Origin: Pseudomonas aeruginosa
Lineage (GTDB): Bacteria; Pseudomonadota; Gammaproteobacteria; Pseudomonadales; Pseudomonadaceae
DNA: 32,000 bases
Reading direction: 5' to 3'
NCBI RefSeq assembly: GCF_001457615.1
Contig: NZ_LN831024.1
Coordinates: 2,400,001 to 2,432,000 of the forward strand
Shown piece after piece: positions 1 to 8,908 of this stretch. The position numbers and the translations under genes were made by a program. Each line of letters begins with the position of its first letter. Positions within the stretch are counted from its first letter, which is position 1. The notes under the pieces are model-generated. The model was not told the origin of the DNA and did not search any database. It saw nothing but the letters and a program-made list of their open reading frames with translations.

Positions 1-1
1 T

Positions 2-1231
2 TCCGCGATTGCGTCTGGGGACTCTAAGTCTCCAATTCCGTATCACCAGCTGCAGTTTCTGCGAGAAGTCATCCTTCGGCGGGAGGCAGGACTGCGCCTA
101 CAAGATTTTTTTGCAGTTGTGGAACGGAATCCGACTCGGAGGTTTGTGTTGGAGCGGCCGGTAGTTCCCGCTGAGCGGGTTCGTAGCTTCGATGCGCGCT
201 CGGTTACCGATATATTTAATCGGCCAGATCGACTGATTACGGTACGCGAGCACTACGCTGTCGCCGGTAGTCCGTTAGCACGGGCCCTCAAAATTGGGGT
301 ACCTCCTGTAGAGCATTTTCCAGCGCGGGTATCAGTGTCATCACGGCGACTGTCTTTCGACACCCCCGAGAATCGCTTTGTCAAGCACTTTCTCGGAGAG
401 TGCTTGACCATCGTATATAAGCTGCTCGATGACCGGAACATCCATATTCAAATGCGCTCCGATTGCCGGGAAATGGCAACCATTCTCGAGACAGCCTCGA
501 GGTCGCTATTCCTATCAGAGGTCGGTGTTCTAACAGCATTCACTGGCCCTACTCATGCTCTTGCCAAGGTGGAGGGCTACAAGGACATTCTGGATCTTTG
601 GCTGCAGCTGGGGGCGCATCAGTCCTTGCCCACTTCTGAAAGGGAGGTCCAACGGCTGCTCCAAGGAAAAGATGTCGCGCTGTTGTATGAGTATTGGGTG
701 TTCCTCAAGGTGCTCGAAGCTGTTTCCTTGGTCATGGGCATCTCAGCTGGCTCTGTAACGGTTTCGCGCAGTGCCCTGGGCGAAGGTCTTGATCGCGGCC
801 TTGTCGTGCGGCTGTCAGCCAGCGTAGCCGTCGCCTTCAACCCCTCCTACGTCAGGTCGGCTGGGGCCGCTTATTCTACTCCGCTAAGGCCGGACGTCGT
901 TTTGACCCTCAATGGGGCGCGTTTTGCCTTTGACGCGAAGTATCGATTGCAGTGGCTGACATCGTTGGAGGATGGTCAAGATGATGAGGCTTCATTCGTC
1001 CGCGCTGATCTGTACAAAATGCACACATACCGGGATGCGATCACGGATATGAAGGCTGCCTTTGTGGTTTATCCGGGTACGGAGTTTGTGTTTTTTGAGA
1101 GGGGCGGCGGTCGGCGCCAGTGCCCTGGCGAAATTATGGTGTTCGATGGCGTTGGCGCCATTCCGGCGAGGCCGGATGGCGCCGAGGTATCGATGCTACT
1201 GGATCTGGTGCAGGCGTTACTCGATCAGTGA
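2..1231 (+). CDS. DUF2357/DUF524-family (COG1700-like, McrC-associated type) protein with PD-(D/E)XK nuclease motif; 5' end outside the window
   Basis: Supplied ORF starts at an internal GTG (119), but the same frame is open back to base 2 (...YHQLQFLREVILRREAGLRLQDFFAVVERNPTRR). Motif RPDVVLTLNGARFAFDAKYRLQ fits a PD...(D/E)xK core. Confidence 0.75.
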   Translation, partial: SAIASGDSKSPIPYHQLQFLREVILRREAGLRLQDFFAVVERNPTRRFVLERPVVPAERVRSFDARSVTDIFNRPDRLITVREHYAVAGSPLARALKIGVPPVEHFPARVSVSSRRLSFDTPENRFVKHFLGECLTIVYKLLDDRNIHIQMRSDCREMATILETASRSLFLSEVGVLTAFTGPTHALAKVEGYKDILDLWLQLGAHQSLPTSEREVQRLLQGKDVALLYEYWVFLKVLEAVSLVMGISAGSVTVSRSALGEGLDRGLVVRLSASVAVAFNPSYVRSAGAAYSTPLRPDVVLTLNGARFAFDAKYRLQWLTSLEDGQDDEASFVRADLYKMHTYRDAITDMKAAFVVYPGTEFVFFERGGGRRQCPGEIMVFDGVGAIPARPDGAEVSMLLDLVQALLDQ

Positions 1232-4200
1232 ACCTTGTTCTGGTTGTGACGCTTTCTCCATAAGTTCTCGGATGTCTGAGAAGTCGACAAAAATACTGGC
1301 ATCCGTGGAGGCCAGGCGGCGCATTACTTCCGCATGAATTCCCTGGACGCCGCGGACCGCAAATTGGGGGGTGGTGGCAAGCTCGGCTACTAACGCCGGA
1401 AGGTCGAATGCCTTGGCTGTCTTCCTGGGTGGGGTTGTCTTGACCTTCTCGGGTTTGCGAAGGTTCATCACTACGTCGAAATGGGCGACGTCCTCCTGCC
1501 CGCTGCGACCCTTGTAGCCTTTGTGGCTCTGTTGCTTGCGATCAAGGGATGCCGCCTCATGGAACTCAAAGCCTGCTTCCTTCGCCGCGCTCTGAAGGGC
1601 TGCCCAGACTCCTCCGTCGGTGTTATGGAAGACGACAGTGGCCCAACCGCCCGGTTTAAGTACACGAGCTATCTCGCGCATTGCTCCCGTCATTAGTGCT
1701 TCATACCCAGCCAGTGTCTTACCGCCGGCCGATTCGGCAAGTGATTTGTTGACAACCGCCTCATTGGTTGGGTCCGTGATTCTGCCAAGCCATGACTCCC
1801 AGATCAGGTTGCAGTCGGCGTAAAAAAGGTTCGATCCGAAGGGCGGGTCAGTGAAGACATAGTCAATGCTCCCGTCTTGCACATCTGCAAGGTCGGTGGC
1901 GCTCCCGTTCAAGACAAACGGCATCTGTTCGGCCGTAGGCTGGAAGGTGGCATAGTATCTTTTCAACTGCGCGATCTTGTTGCGCATGACTTCGAAAACG
2001 TTGCACTCAGAAGATAGTTGTGGGATGTAGAGTGTTCCCGTCAGCGGGCGCTGGCCGCCGCGCGCGTTGTAGCGCCGCATACGCGTTCCATGCCATGACG
2101 TATTGGTGAAGGCGAAGGCCATTGCCAGTCGCTTGCGCTTATCGGTGATCTCTCCGATGGCACTCCAGATCAGCGACAGTGCGAGTAGGTTTCTGTCTGT
2201 GTAGAAGTCCGCAACTTCCCGGACATTCTTGTTCTGGAGTGCGCAGCGGATATACATCTCCCTGTCCGGGCCTATGTCGACCGACGGGAACCAGTCCTCA
2301 ATATCCTTTCTTGAAAATGATAGGGCCTTGGTGATGTCGCTCTTTTCGGCCTTGCGCTCCAGTCTCCGCCCGTCCGTCGTCTCATAAGCAAGCCAGGCGG
2401 GTACCGAGTCGATTGTGGGGAGTTTTTTTCGAACGATTTCGTGCTCGCAAAGAGGGCAGGTAATAGTGGAGCCTATGCGCCCTTCGTATCGGTCGATGGC
2501 ATCCCAAAGAGCGAAGCTCTTTCCGCAGTGGGGGCACTTGTGCCTGGTGCTCCACATGGTCCAATGGAGCAGCGCAGGCGCACCGCTCTCATCCGTGGTG
2601 CCATAAATTTCCCGCATACGCAGGCCCACTTTTTCCTCGATCTCGGCAAACGCGGCTTCGAGATCCTCTGGGGCGCAGGGGTGAGTGTGGTTCCATGCGA
2701 GGTGGACGGCAGCGGGCGACAGATCGTTGAGAATTGCCAGACGGCCGGCCAAGGCGGCCGCGACACCCGTCATGCCGGATCCGCAGAACGGATCCAGAAC
2801 CACATCCCCCGGTTTCGTAAAGTGCTCGATGAAAGGGATGATTGCCTCGGGCGGCACCTTCGTGTGGTAACTATGTGCTGTGTAGAGCGCACTGTTGCGT
2901 CCGCCTGGAACCAGTGGCGCAGCTGGTGCCTTCTTCGGGGCTGGAGCCATCATCGTGATGGGAAGGCTGTCTTTTGATGAAAGGTATTCTTTGATAAAGT
3001 CGCGCTTTTCCTGGACTTCCATGTTTTGCAAGGTCCACTTGCCCCCGACTTCACTGGCGCCGAGGCGCGCGCACCGTTGCGCAATGTTTGGCATCGTGAT
3101 TCCGGAAAGACTGTAGTTCTTTGCGAGCAAGGCTTGAATTACAGCCGAATAAATATCATCAGTTCGGCTGGTACCATTCAAGAGGGCACTTTTGACGGCC
3201 CCGTCAATGAATGCCGTCGAAGCCATAGTACTGCTCATGTCCTTGGCGCAATGCGCAGGCCTCCTCATGGTGATGAGAAGGTCGAGCGTTGTTACGCTCT
3301 CTTTGCCTGTGACGCCCTTAACGCCTTTGATCGACGGTTGCCCTTTATCGAGGATGTGCACCGTGTGGGTTTCGAGCTTCGCCTCCGCCATGGCCTTTTG
3401 AATTTCCATCCATACCTGATCGTCGGAGTTCGAGAAGGCAAGCACGGCATAGCCACCTGGCTTCAATACTCGCGCAGCCTCGGAAAAGGCCTTCGTCATT
3501 AAATGACCATAATCGTCCATGGTCTTTCCGCCCCCGACCCTGCCTCGGCTCTTATTAACCACGATTTCCTCCGTGTTGTCGGTCAGGGAGCCAAGCCATG
3601 CCTCCCACAGCAGGGAACTGTCCGCGTAGAAGATGTTGGACCCGAAAGGCGGGTCCATGAAAACCATGGATACGGAGCCATCGGGCAGGCAGGAGAGGTC
3701 TGTGGCCGACCTGTTCATCACCTGGGCCGTGGCTGACGTTTCGGGGAATCTCTCAAAGTATCGTTTCACGTCGGCAGCTTTTCTCCGGAATAGGCTCCAG
3801 ACATTCCACTCGTACCGGAGTGATGAGATGTATAGAGTGCCCGTCATCACGTTCGTGGGGCGCTTCGCGTTCCATTGATAGCGGCGGGAGGCGCGGTTGA
3901 CGCAGGCCGTGAAGGCGAACATCAAGGCTTCGCGAATGCGTCCCTCCGAGGTGGTGACAATCGAATGGCGAAGCGCGGCAAGGGCATGCAGGTTCCGCCT
4001 GGTGAAAAAGTGACTGACTTCGGATATGCCCATGCCCGTGTGGGAGGCTCTCCACATCTCCCGCTCGGACCCGAATGGAACGCGGGGTATCCAATAGGGG
4101 ATGGGAGCTTCATTTGCTTCCTCGATCAATTCCAACTCATGCTGGGTTGGGGCGTGGGCGGAGATTCTGGTGCTCCCGGCGGACACGTGAGTCTGCACGG

Positions 4201-5086
4201 GTATTTCCGATATCCAGACGAGATCGCTTTTGCGCAGATACGTGTCACAGTGTGGACAGGTAAGCCCACGAGCATCGGTTCCACCTGCCGTATGGACAAC
4301 ATCCCAGTAGAGAATGTCCTTTTGGCATTCACCGCACCTGAAAACATCACTCCAAGTTGTGTACTCGATAGTCTGTCCTGGCTGCATGATAGGTTGGTAG
4401 AGCCAGCGCATGGTTGGATCGACCTGCTCCGCTACCTTCTTGAGGGCCCTGGAGAACTCCTTTGGGTCACAAGGCGTTGTGTAGTTTCTTGAAATGTGGA
4501 CTGCAGCAGGCGACAAATCGGAGAGCAGCGCATTGCGGCCTTCCATTAGCGCCGCGACACCTGTCATGCCCGATCCCGAGAAAGGGTCAAGGACAAGCTC
4601 TCCAGGCTTGGTAAGGGCTCGAATGAAGGGGCGAATCGCCTCGGGAGGAACTTTGGTGTGATAGCTGTGCGCCCGGTACTCGGTCGTGGATTTACTAACC
4701 TCGACGCGCTCGGGGATGCCCGAGGGCGAAAGATGCTCGTCCGAGCTTGACACGGGCGGAAGTGGACGTGTTGGGCGGTCGGGATATTCAACTGCGTGTT
4801 GCTCAAAGTGCTGTCGTACGGATGCTGTCACCTCGGCGGCATCGGATGAGATTGCCTCTCTAACATCCGTTGGGAGTCGGCCTGCGCTAAGCAGTAGGAG
4901 ATCGATTGGGATGCCCACGATACCTGACAGAATCGAAGCCTGATCCTCAGTAAGGGCGCGCTCGTCTGACTCGACATAACTCATGAAAGACTTGGTAACG
5001 CCCAGCTTTTCTCCCAGAGCTTCTAGCGACATGTCCAGAGACTTACGTCTAGATTTGATTGCATTTCCTGCTGACCATGGCTTCAT
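1217..5086 (-). CDS. XRE-type HTH fused to two tandem DNA amino-methyltransferase domains, each with a CxxC...CxxC zinc-ribbon-like insert
   Basis: N-term MKPWSAGNAIKSRRKSLDMSLEALGEKLGVTKSFMSYVESDERALTEDQ (HTH). Unit 1: HSYHTKVPPEAIRPFI...VLDPFSGSGMTG and MDPPFGSNIFYADSSLLWEAWLG. Unit 2: HSYHTKVPPEAIIPFI...VLDPFCGSGMTG and TDPPFGSNLFYADCNLIWESWLG. Start revised from 5326 to ATG at 5086; the extra 80 aa upstream look non-coding. Confidence 0.85.
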   Translation of the reverse strand: MKPWSAGNAIKSRRKSLDMSLEALGEKLGVTKSFMSYVESDERALTEDQASILSGIVGIPIDLLLLSAGRLPTDVREAISSDAAEVTASVRQHFEQHAVEYPDRPTRPLPPVSSSDEHLSPSGIPERVEVSKSTTEYRAHSYHTKVPPEAIRPFIRALTKPGELVLDPFSGSGMTGVAALMEGRNALLSDLSPAAVHISRNYTTPCDPKEFSRALKKVAEQVDPTMRWLYQPIMQPGQTIEYTTWSDVFRCGECQKDILYWDVVHTAGGTDARGLTCPHCDTYLRKSDLVWISEIPVQTHVSAGSTRISAHAPTQHELELIEEANEAPIPYWIPRVPFGSEREMWRASHTGMGISEVSHFFTRRNLHALAALRHSIVTTSEGRIREALMFAFTACVNRASRRYQWNAKRPTNVMTGTLYISSLRYEWNVWSLFRRKAADVKRYFERFPETSATAQVMNRSATDLSCLPDGSVSMVFMDPPFGSNIFYADSSLLWEAWLGSLTDNTEEIVVNKSRGRVGGGKTMDDYGHLMTKAFSEAARVLKPGGYAVLAFSNSDDQVWMEIQKAMAEAKLETHTVHILDKGQPSIKGVKGVTGKESVTTLDLLITMRRPAHCAKDMSSTMASTAFIDGAVKSALLNGTSRTDDIYSAVIQALLAKNYSLSGITMPNIAQRCARLGASEVGGKWTLQNMEVQEKRDFIKEYLSSKDSLPITMMAPAPKKAPAAPLVPGGRNSALYTAHSYHTKVPPEAIIPFIEHFTKPGDVVLDPFCGSGMTGVAAALAGRLAILNDLSPAAVHLAWNHTHPCAPEDLEAAFAEIEEKVGLRMREIYGTTDESGAPALLHWTMWSTRHKCPHCGKSFALWDAIDRYEGRIGSTITCPLCEHEIVRKKLPTIDSVPAWLAYETTDGRRLERKAEKSDITKALSFSRKDIEDWFPSVDIGPDREMYIRCALQNKNVREVADFYTDRNLLALSLIWSAIGEITDKRKRLAMAFAFTNTSWHGTRMRRYNARGGQRPLTGTLYIPQLSSECNVFEVMRNKIAQLKRYYATFQPTAEQMPFVLNGSATDLADVQDGSIDYVFTDPPFGSNLFYADCNLIWESWLGRITDPTNEAVVNKSLAESAGGKTLAGYEALMTGAMREIARVLKPGGWATVVFHNTDGGVWAALQSAAKEAGFEFHEAASLDRKQQSHKGYKGRSGQEDVAHFDVVMNLRKPEKVKTTPPRKTAKAFDLPALVAELATTPQFAVRGVQGIHAEVMRRLASTDASIFVDFSDIRELMEKASQPEQGSLIE

Positions 5087-5328
5087 GTAGCTGCTACCTA
5101 GAATGTAAAAATTCACGGCTTGAAGGTTAACAATCTTTGTCAACTTTTTCCATGTGGCCGAAAGGCCTGCCTGGATCGATGCGCTGCCATCATGCTGCGG
5201 GGGACTGTGCTGAGCGAAGGGGGAAAATGGGGTTGTTCGCGTGGTCAACATCAAGAGCAGTAAGGTGAATTGGCGTTGCGCTTGGGCGATGCCGATCCCT
5301 TCAGGCCAGCAAATGGAATGCACCACAC

Positions 5329-5913
5329 ATGGTCGCCATCAGCTTCGACCGCCACTTGTACTACCCGCTGCTGGCATTGGAGGACAAGGATGCGGTGCCG
5401 CTGAAACTGCGCCCGCTGGCCTTTGACGCGCCCAGCGAATGGGAGTTTGTCCGCGATCTGGAGGCGTTCTACAACTCCAGCGAAGGCAAGGATGCGATTG
5501 GCCCGCGCAGTCTGTATCTGGTGCGCAATGCGGATCGGGAAGAGAAAGGCCTGGGCTTCGCGTTGGCGGGCAACTTCTATCCGGACTTCCTGCTGTGGCT
5601 GGTGGACGATGCCAGCGGTAAGCAGTGGCTGACGTTTGTCGATCCGAAGGGGCTGCGCAATCTCGACCTGTCGCACCCCAAGTGGGGTCTGTACAAGGAA
5701 GTGAAGACACTGGAAACAACGCTGGCGGCGCAGGCCAAGGTGGGCGAAGCGCCGCTGGTCTTGAATGCCTTTGTCCTCTCGCCGACGAAGTTCGCCGACC
5801 TGCTAAACGTGGGCGACCCGACAAAGAAGGCCGATCTGGAAAGTCGCAACGTGCTATTCATGGAGGACGGTGGGCAGACCTACCTGAGCAAGATGTTTGC
5901 CCGCATTGTCTAA
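5329..5913 (+). pseudogene. C-terminal remnant of a Res/DEAD-box helicase-type restriction protein (PD-(D/E)XK domain retained)
   Basis: NFYPDFLLWLVDDASGKQWLTFVDPKGLRN motif. The family-like sequence continues upstream of the ATG (LQASKWNAPHMVAISFDRHLY) but stops at an in-frame TGA (5266), with no helicase domain in the window. Confidence 0.6.
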
Positions 5914-5941
5914 GAGAGTTGATAGGCGCTGGCTTGTGTGA

Positions 5942-6244
5942 CTACAGCCAGTGCCTTGGTACATCGACCCCATAGTTTTTAGCTACTGTCTCTAGCGTGG
6001 CGATTATCTCGGCATGTCTTGCTTGGTCAGCGGGTTGCCAGCTTGCACGACGCTCCAGCATGAGCTTGAGCTCTCCCAAGTTGTACATACCCAGTCGGTG
6101 AAAGTTGCCCCAGCTAGGTATGCCAAAGAGGTTGTAAATGGTGACTGTGGCGTCGCGCTCGCTGGCTAGGCGTTTCTCACCTGTCAGCTTCTCAGCGGCT
6201 TCTTCAGCTTCGTCACGGTCTTCGTAGGTGTTGAGTAGTTTCAT
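5942..6244 (-). CDS. hypothetical protein (100 aa)
   Basis: ORF with ATG; start overlaps the 3' end of the CoiA-like ORF by 32 bp; no family recognised. Confidence 0.55.
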   Translation of the reverse strand: MKLLNTYEDRDEAEEAAEKLTGEKRLASERDATVTIYNLFGIPSWGNFHRLGMYNLGELKLMLERRASWQPADQARHAEIIATLETVAKNYGVDVPRHWL

Positions 6245-7394
6245 CGTTTGTCGCCTGACTCTGGGTTGCGGAATTTATCAGGCCTTCATTAGCGGTGAAC
6301 AGTTCATCATCGGGGTTTACGATCAGGTGAGGGACTGCATTAGCTGACATGCTTGGCTTTGCTGAGCAGTGCATCCTTTGCTTAAGCGTCGAAGCTATGT
6401 CTGGCGCTAAAAGTACGGGGGTAACTTTGCTGGTAGACGCATCGCAGTAATGGCAGAACCTTGAGTCAGGCGGGCTTAGCAAGTAGCAGGCAGTGCACTC
6501 AACGGCTCTCCCTCTCCATGCTTGTAGGGCCTTCAGCATTGTTCCGGCGATGAGCTCGGCTCGGCCCTGCACCGTGTTGTCCAGGGTTGTGGCTGACTGT
6601 GTAGCCGCCATCTGAAGCTGTTTGGCTCTATGGGCCTCCAGGGCGCGCTGCAGTTCGGCCTTCTCATTGGCGAGCTCAATCTGCCGGGCTTGCTCAGCAG
6701 CTTGAAGCTCTGCCTGTTCTAGTTGCCACTGAGCGTTTATTTCGGCTGCCAGTGACTGAAGCTTTTGCAGGGCTTTTGCTGCGAGCTTTTCGCCGCGAAT
6801 TGATCGGATCCAAAGTCGGTTTGCCGAGTCATGCAGAACCGCGTGCTCGAATCTGGCTGGATCATTGATCTGCTCCAGAGTCAGGTGGTGGAGATCTATC
6901 TCCATGCTGGAATGTTCCAGGGCTTCGAGCTGGCGATAACGCTCATGCTCCATCCGCGTTGAAAGCTTGATCCGGACGATCAGCTGCCTTTCGGATTGGT
7001 GCAGGACGGCATGCCCCCTCAAACCGCCCAGGTCAACAAACCGCTCAACGTGATGTGCATGTATCAGCACTGGTTTCAGATCGACCTTTTCTTCCAAAAG
7101 TCGGCCGTCTTGTGTAGCAACCCGAACTGTTTCTATCTGCGCAGGGAGAATTAGCTGTTTGTGCTGGGCAATCAGGGCGACCGCTGCACGTCTGACACCT
7201 TCGCGGAAACCATCAAAGCAGTCATTCGATTTTGCATGGCGGAAATGTGGGACAACCTTCTCGCCATTGTTAGCGGCATTTAAGGGTTGTTTACAGCCAG
7301 GGCATACGCAGCCACACCGAAGCCCGTTCTCAACCTCGTGCGCTCGAAAGAGGGTGCCATCACGCTCACCGAAAGGGATTTTGGTCTCGTGCAT
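6213..7394 (-). CDS. competence protein CoiA-like family protein
   Basis: N-terminal CPGCKQPLNAANNGEKVVPHFRHAKSNDCFDGFREGVRRAAVALIAQH resembles the CoiA-like zinc/nuclease domain; central coiled coil; C-terminal CxxC...CxxC (CTACYLL...CHYC). Confidence 0.65.
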   Translation of the reverse strand: MHETKIPFGERDGTLFRAHEVENGLRCGCVCPGCKQPLNAANNGEKVVPHFRHAKSNDCFDGFREGVRRAAVALIAQHKQLILPAQIETVRVATQDGRLLEEKVDLKPVLIHAHHVERFVDLGGLRGHAVLHQSERQLIVRIKLSTRMEHERYRQLEALEHSSMEIDLHHLTLEQINDPARFEHAVLHDSANRLWIRSIRGEKLAAKALQKLQSLAAEINAQWQLEQAELQAAEQARQIELANEKAELQRALEAHRAKQLQMAATQSATTLDNTVQGRAELIAGTMLKALQAWRGRAVECTACYLLSPPDSRFCHYCDASTSKVTPVLLAPDIASTLKQRMHCSAKPSMSANAVPHLIVNPDDELFTANEGLINSATQSQATNDETTQHLRRP

Positions 7395-7590
7395 GTCCTG
7401 TGCTTACGCCTTCCAGGTGGTTTGTGTCTTGGATGCAGGAACTTAGTCCAACCTGCTCTGAAAGTAATCAATCGGAGTATGGTTTGTCATGAAAGTGTTG
7501 CGGTTGAGTGCGGTTGTCACGGTGACCTGCCCCCCGATTTCAGTACCACGTCAAACTTAGTAGAGTCCGTTTTCCAAGCAGGAGACGGCA

Positions 7591-7854
7591 GTGAAAAAGC
7601 GTTTTACCGAAGAGCAGATTCTCGACTTCCTCAAGCAGGCGGAGGCCGGTGTGCCGGTGACGGAACTGTGTCGCCGACACGGCTTCAGTGATGCCTCGTT
7701 CTACACCTGGCGGGCCAAGTTTGGCGGTATGACCGTGGCGGACGCAAAACGGTTGAAGGATCTTGAACTGGAAAACAGCCGATTGAAGAAGTTGCTCGCC
7801 GAGGCCCACCTCGACATCGAGTCGCTGAAAGTGGTCGCCCGGGGAAAAGGGTAA
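7591..7854 (+). CDS. IS3-family transposase OrfA
   Basis: MKKRFTEEQILDFLKQAEAGVPVTELCRRHGFSDASFYTWRAKFGGMTVADAKRLKDLELENSRLKKLLAEAHLDIESLKVV; helix-turn-helix plus leucine zipper. Confidence 0.9.
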   Translation: MKKRFTEEQILDFLKQAEAGVPVTELCRRHGFSDASFYTWRAKFGGMTVADAKRLKDLELENSRLKKLLAEAHLDIESLKVVARGKG

Positions 7855-7877
7855 GCCCGACAGCACGGCGGGAGGCG

Positions 7878-8730
7878 GTGCAGGAGATGCAGGCGCGAAC
7901 CGGCATCTCCGAGCGTCGTGCCTGTCAGTTGATCGGGCTGTCCCGCTCGGTGTTGCGCTACCAGCCGCGAGCCAGTGTGCAAAACACCGAGCTGCAAGCC
8001 CAACTGGTGGAACTGGCCCAGGAGCGCCGGCGCTTTGGCTATCGCCGCCTGCACATCCTGCTGCGGCGTGCTGGCGTGCAGGTCAACCACAAGCGGATCT
8101 ATCGCCTGTACCCGCGCTGCCGGCTTGATGGTGAAACGGCGGCGCCGCCGCCATGGCGTCGCGGTGGAGCGCGAACGTCTGAGTTTGCCGAGCGCACCAA
8201 ACCAGGTCTGGTCGATGGACTTCGTCTTCGATGCACTGAGCACCGGACGGCGGATCAAATGCCTGACGGTGGTCGATGACTTCACCAAGGAGTCGGTCGG
8301 CATCCTGGTGGAGCACGGTATCAGCGGCTTTCGCGTCACACGGGCGCTGGACGAGGTGGCGCGGTTTCGCGGCTACCCGAAAGCGATCCGCACCGACCAG
8401 GGGCCCGAGCTCACCGGCAAGGCACTCGATCAATGGGCCTATCAGCGCGACATCAAGCTGAAGCTGATTCAGCCTGGTAAGCCCACGCAGAATGCCTTCA
8501 TCGAGTCGTTCAACGGTAAGTTCCGGGACGAATGCCTCAATGAGCACTGGTTCTGTTCGCTGGCCGAAGCGAGAATCCGCATCGCGGCCTGGCGGCGGGA
8601 TTACAACGAACACCGACCGCACAGCGCGATTGGCAATCTCAACCCGGCAGAATTTGCTGCAAGTTGGCGAACTCGCCAGCAGCAGCTGAAGCAGGAAAAA
8701 TTAATATCAACCCCAGGGCCTACTAACTAG
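7878..8730 (+). pseudogene. IS3-family transposase OrfB (rve/DDE), disrupted by a 1-nt frameshift near 8111-8113
   Basis: The frame containing 7878..8279 carries the N-terminal part (RRACQLIGLSRSVLRYQPR...HKRIYRLY); the frame containing 8730 carries AAGLMVKRRRRRHG...NQVWSMDFVFDAL...TDQGPELTG...FIESFNGKFRDECL. Neither is intact. Confidence 0.85.
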
Positions 8731-8908
8731 GCAGCGGTACTAAAACTGGGGGCAGGTCACAGGAGTTCGCTCCACGCTGAGCTTGCTCTCCCATGCTGGC
8801 TTCAGCTCGAGGAGACAAGGGTGTCTGAGCGACGTTTTCCTACGATGCCTGGTGCGCGAGCGCAGGGCGAGATGCGGCAGGAATGGGATGAAGGTTCACA
8901 GAGAAACC

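Larger units (their letters stand above)
7523..8759 (+). mobile_element. IS3-family insertion sequence (probably IS407 group), ~1237 bp
   Basis: Terminal inverted repeats TGACCTGCCCCCCGATTTCAGTACC (7523-7547) and, at the right end, ...GGTACTAAAACTGGGGGCAGGTCA (8736-8759), flanking orfA/orfB. Confidence 0.9.

Noticed and set aside
5087-5326. N-terminal 80 aa of the supplied 1369-aa ORF (MVHSICWPEG...)
   Set aside because: It overlaps sequence upstream of the convincing HTH start MKPWSAGNAIKSRRK and promoter-like AT-rich DNA; it looks like non-coding read-through of an open frame.
7517-8765. Target-site duplication around the IS
   Set aside because: Flanks (left ...TCACGG, right CAGGAG...) do not show a convincing 3-4 bp direct repeat.
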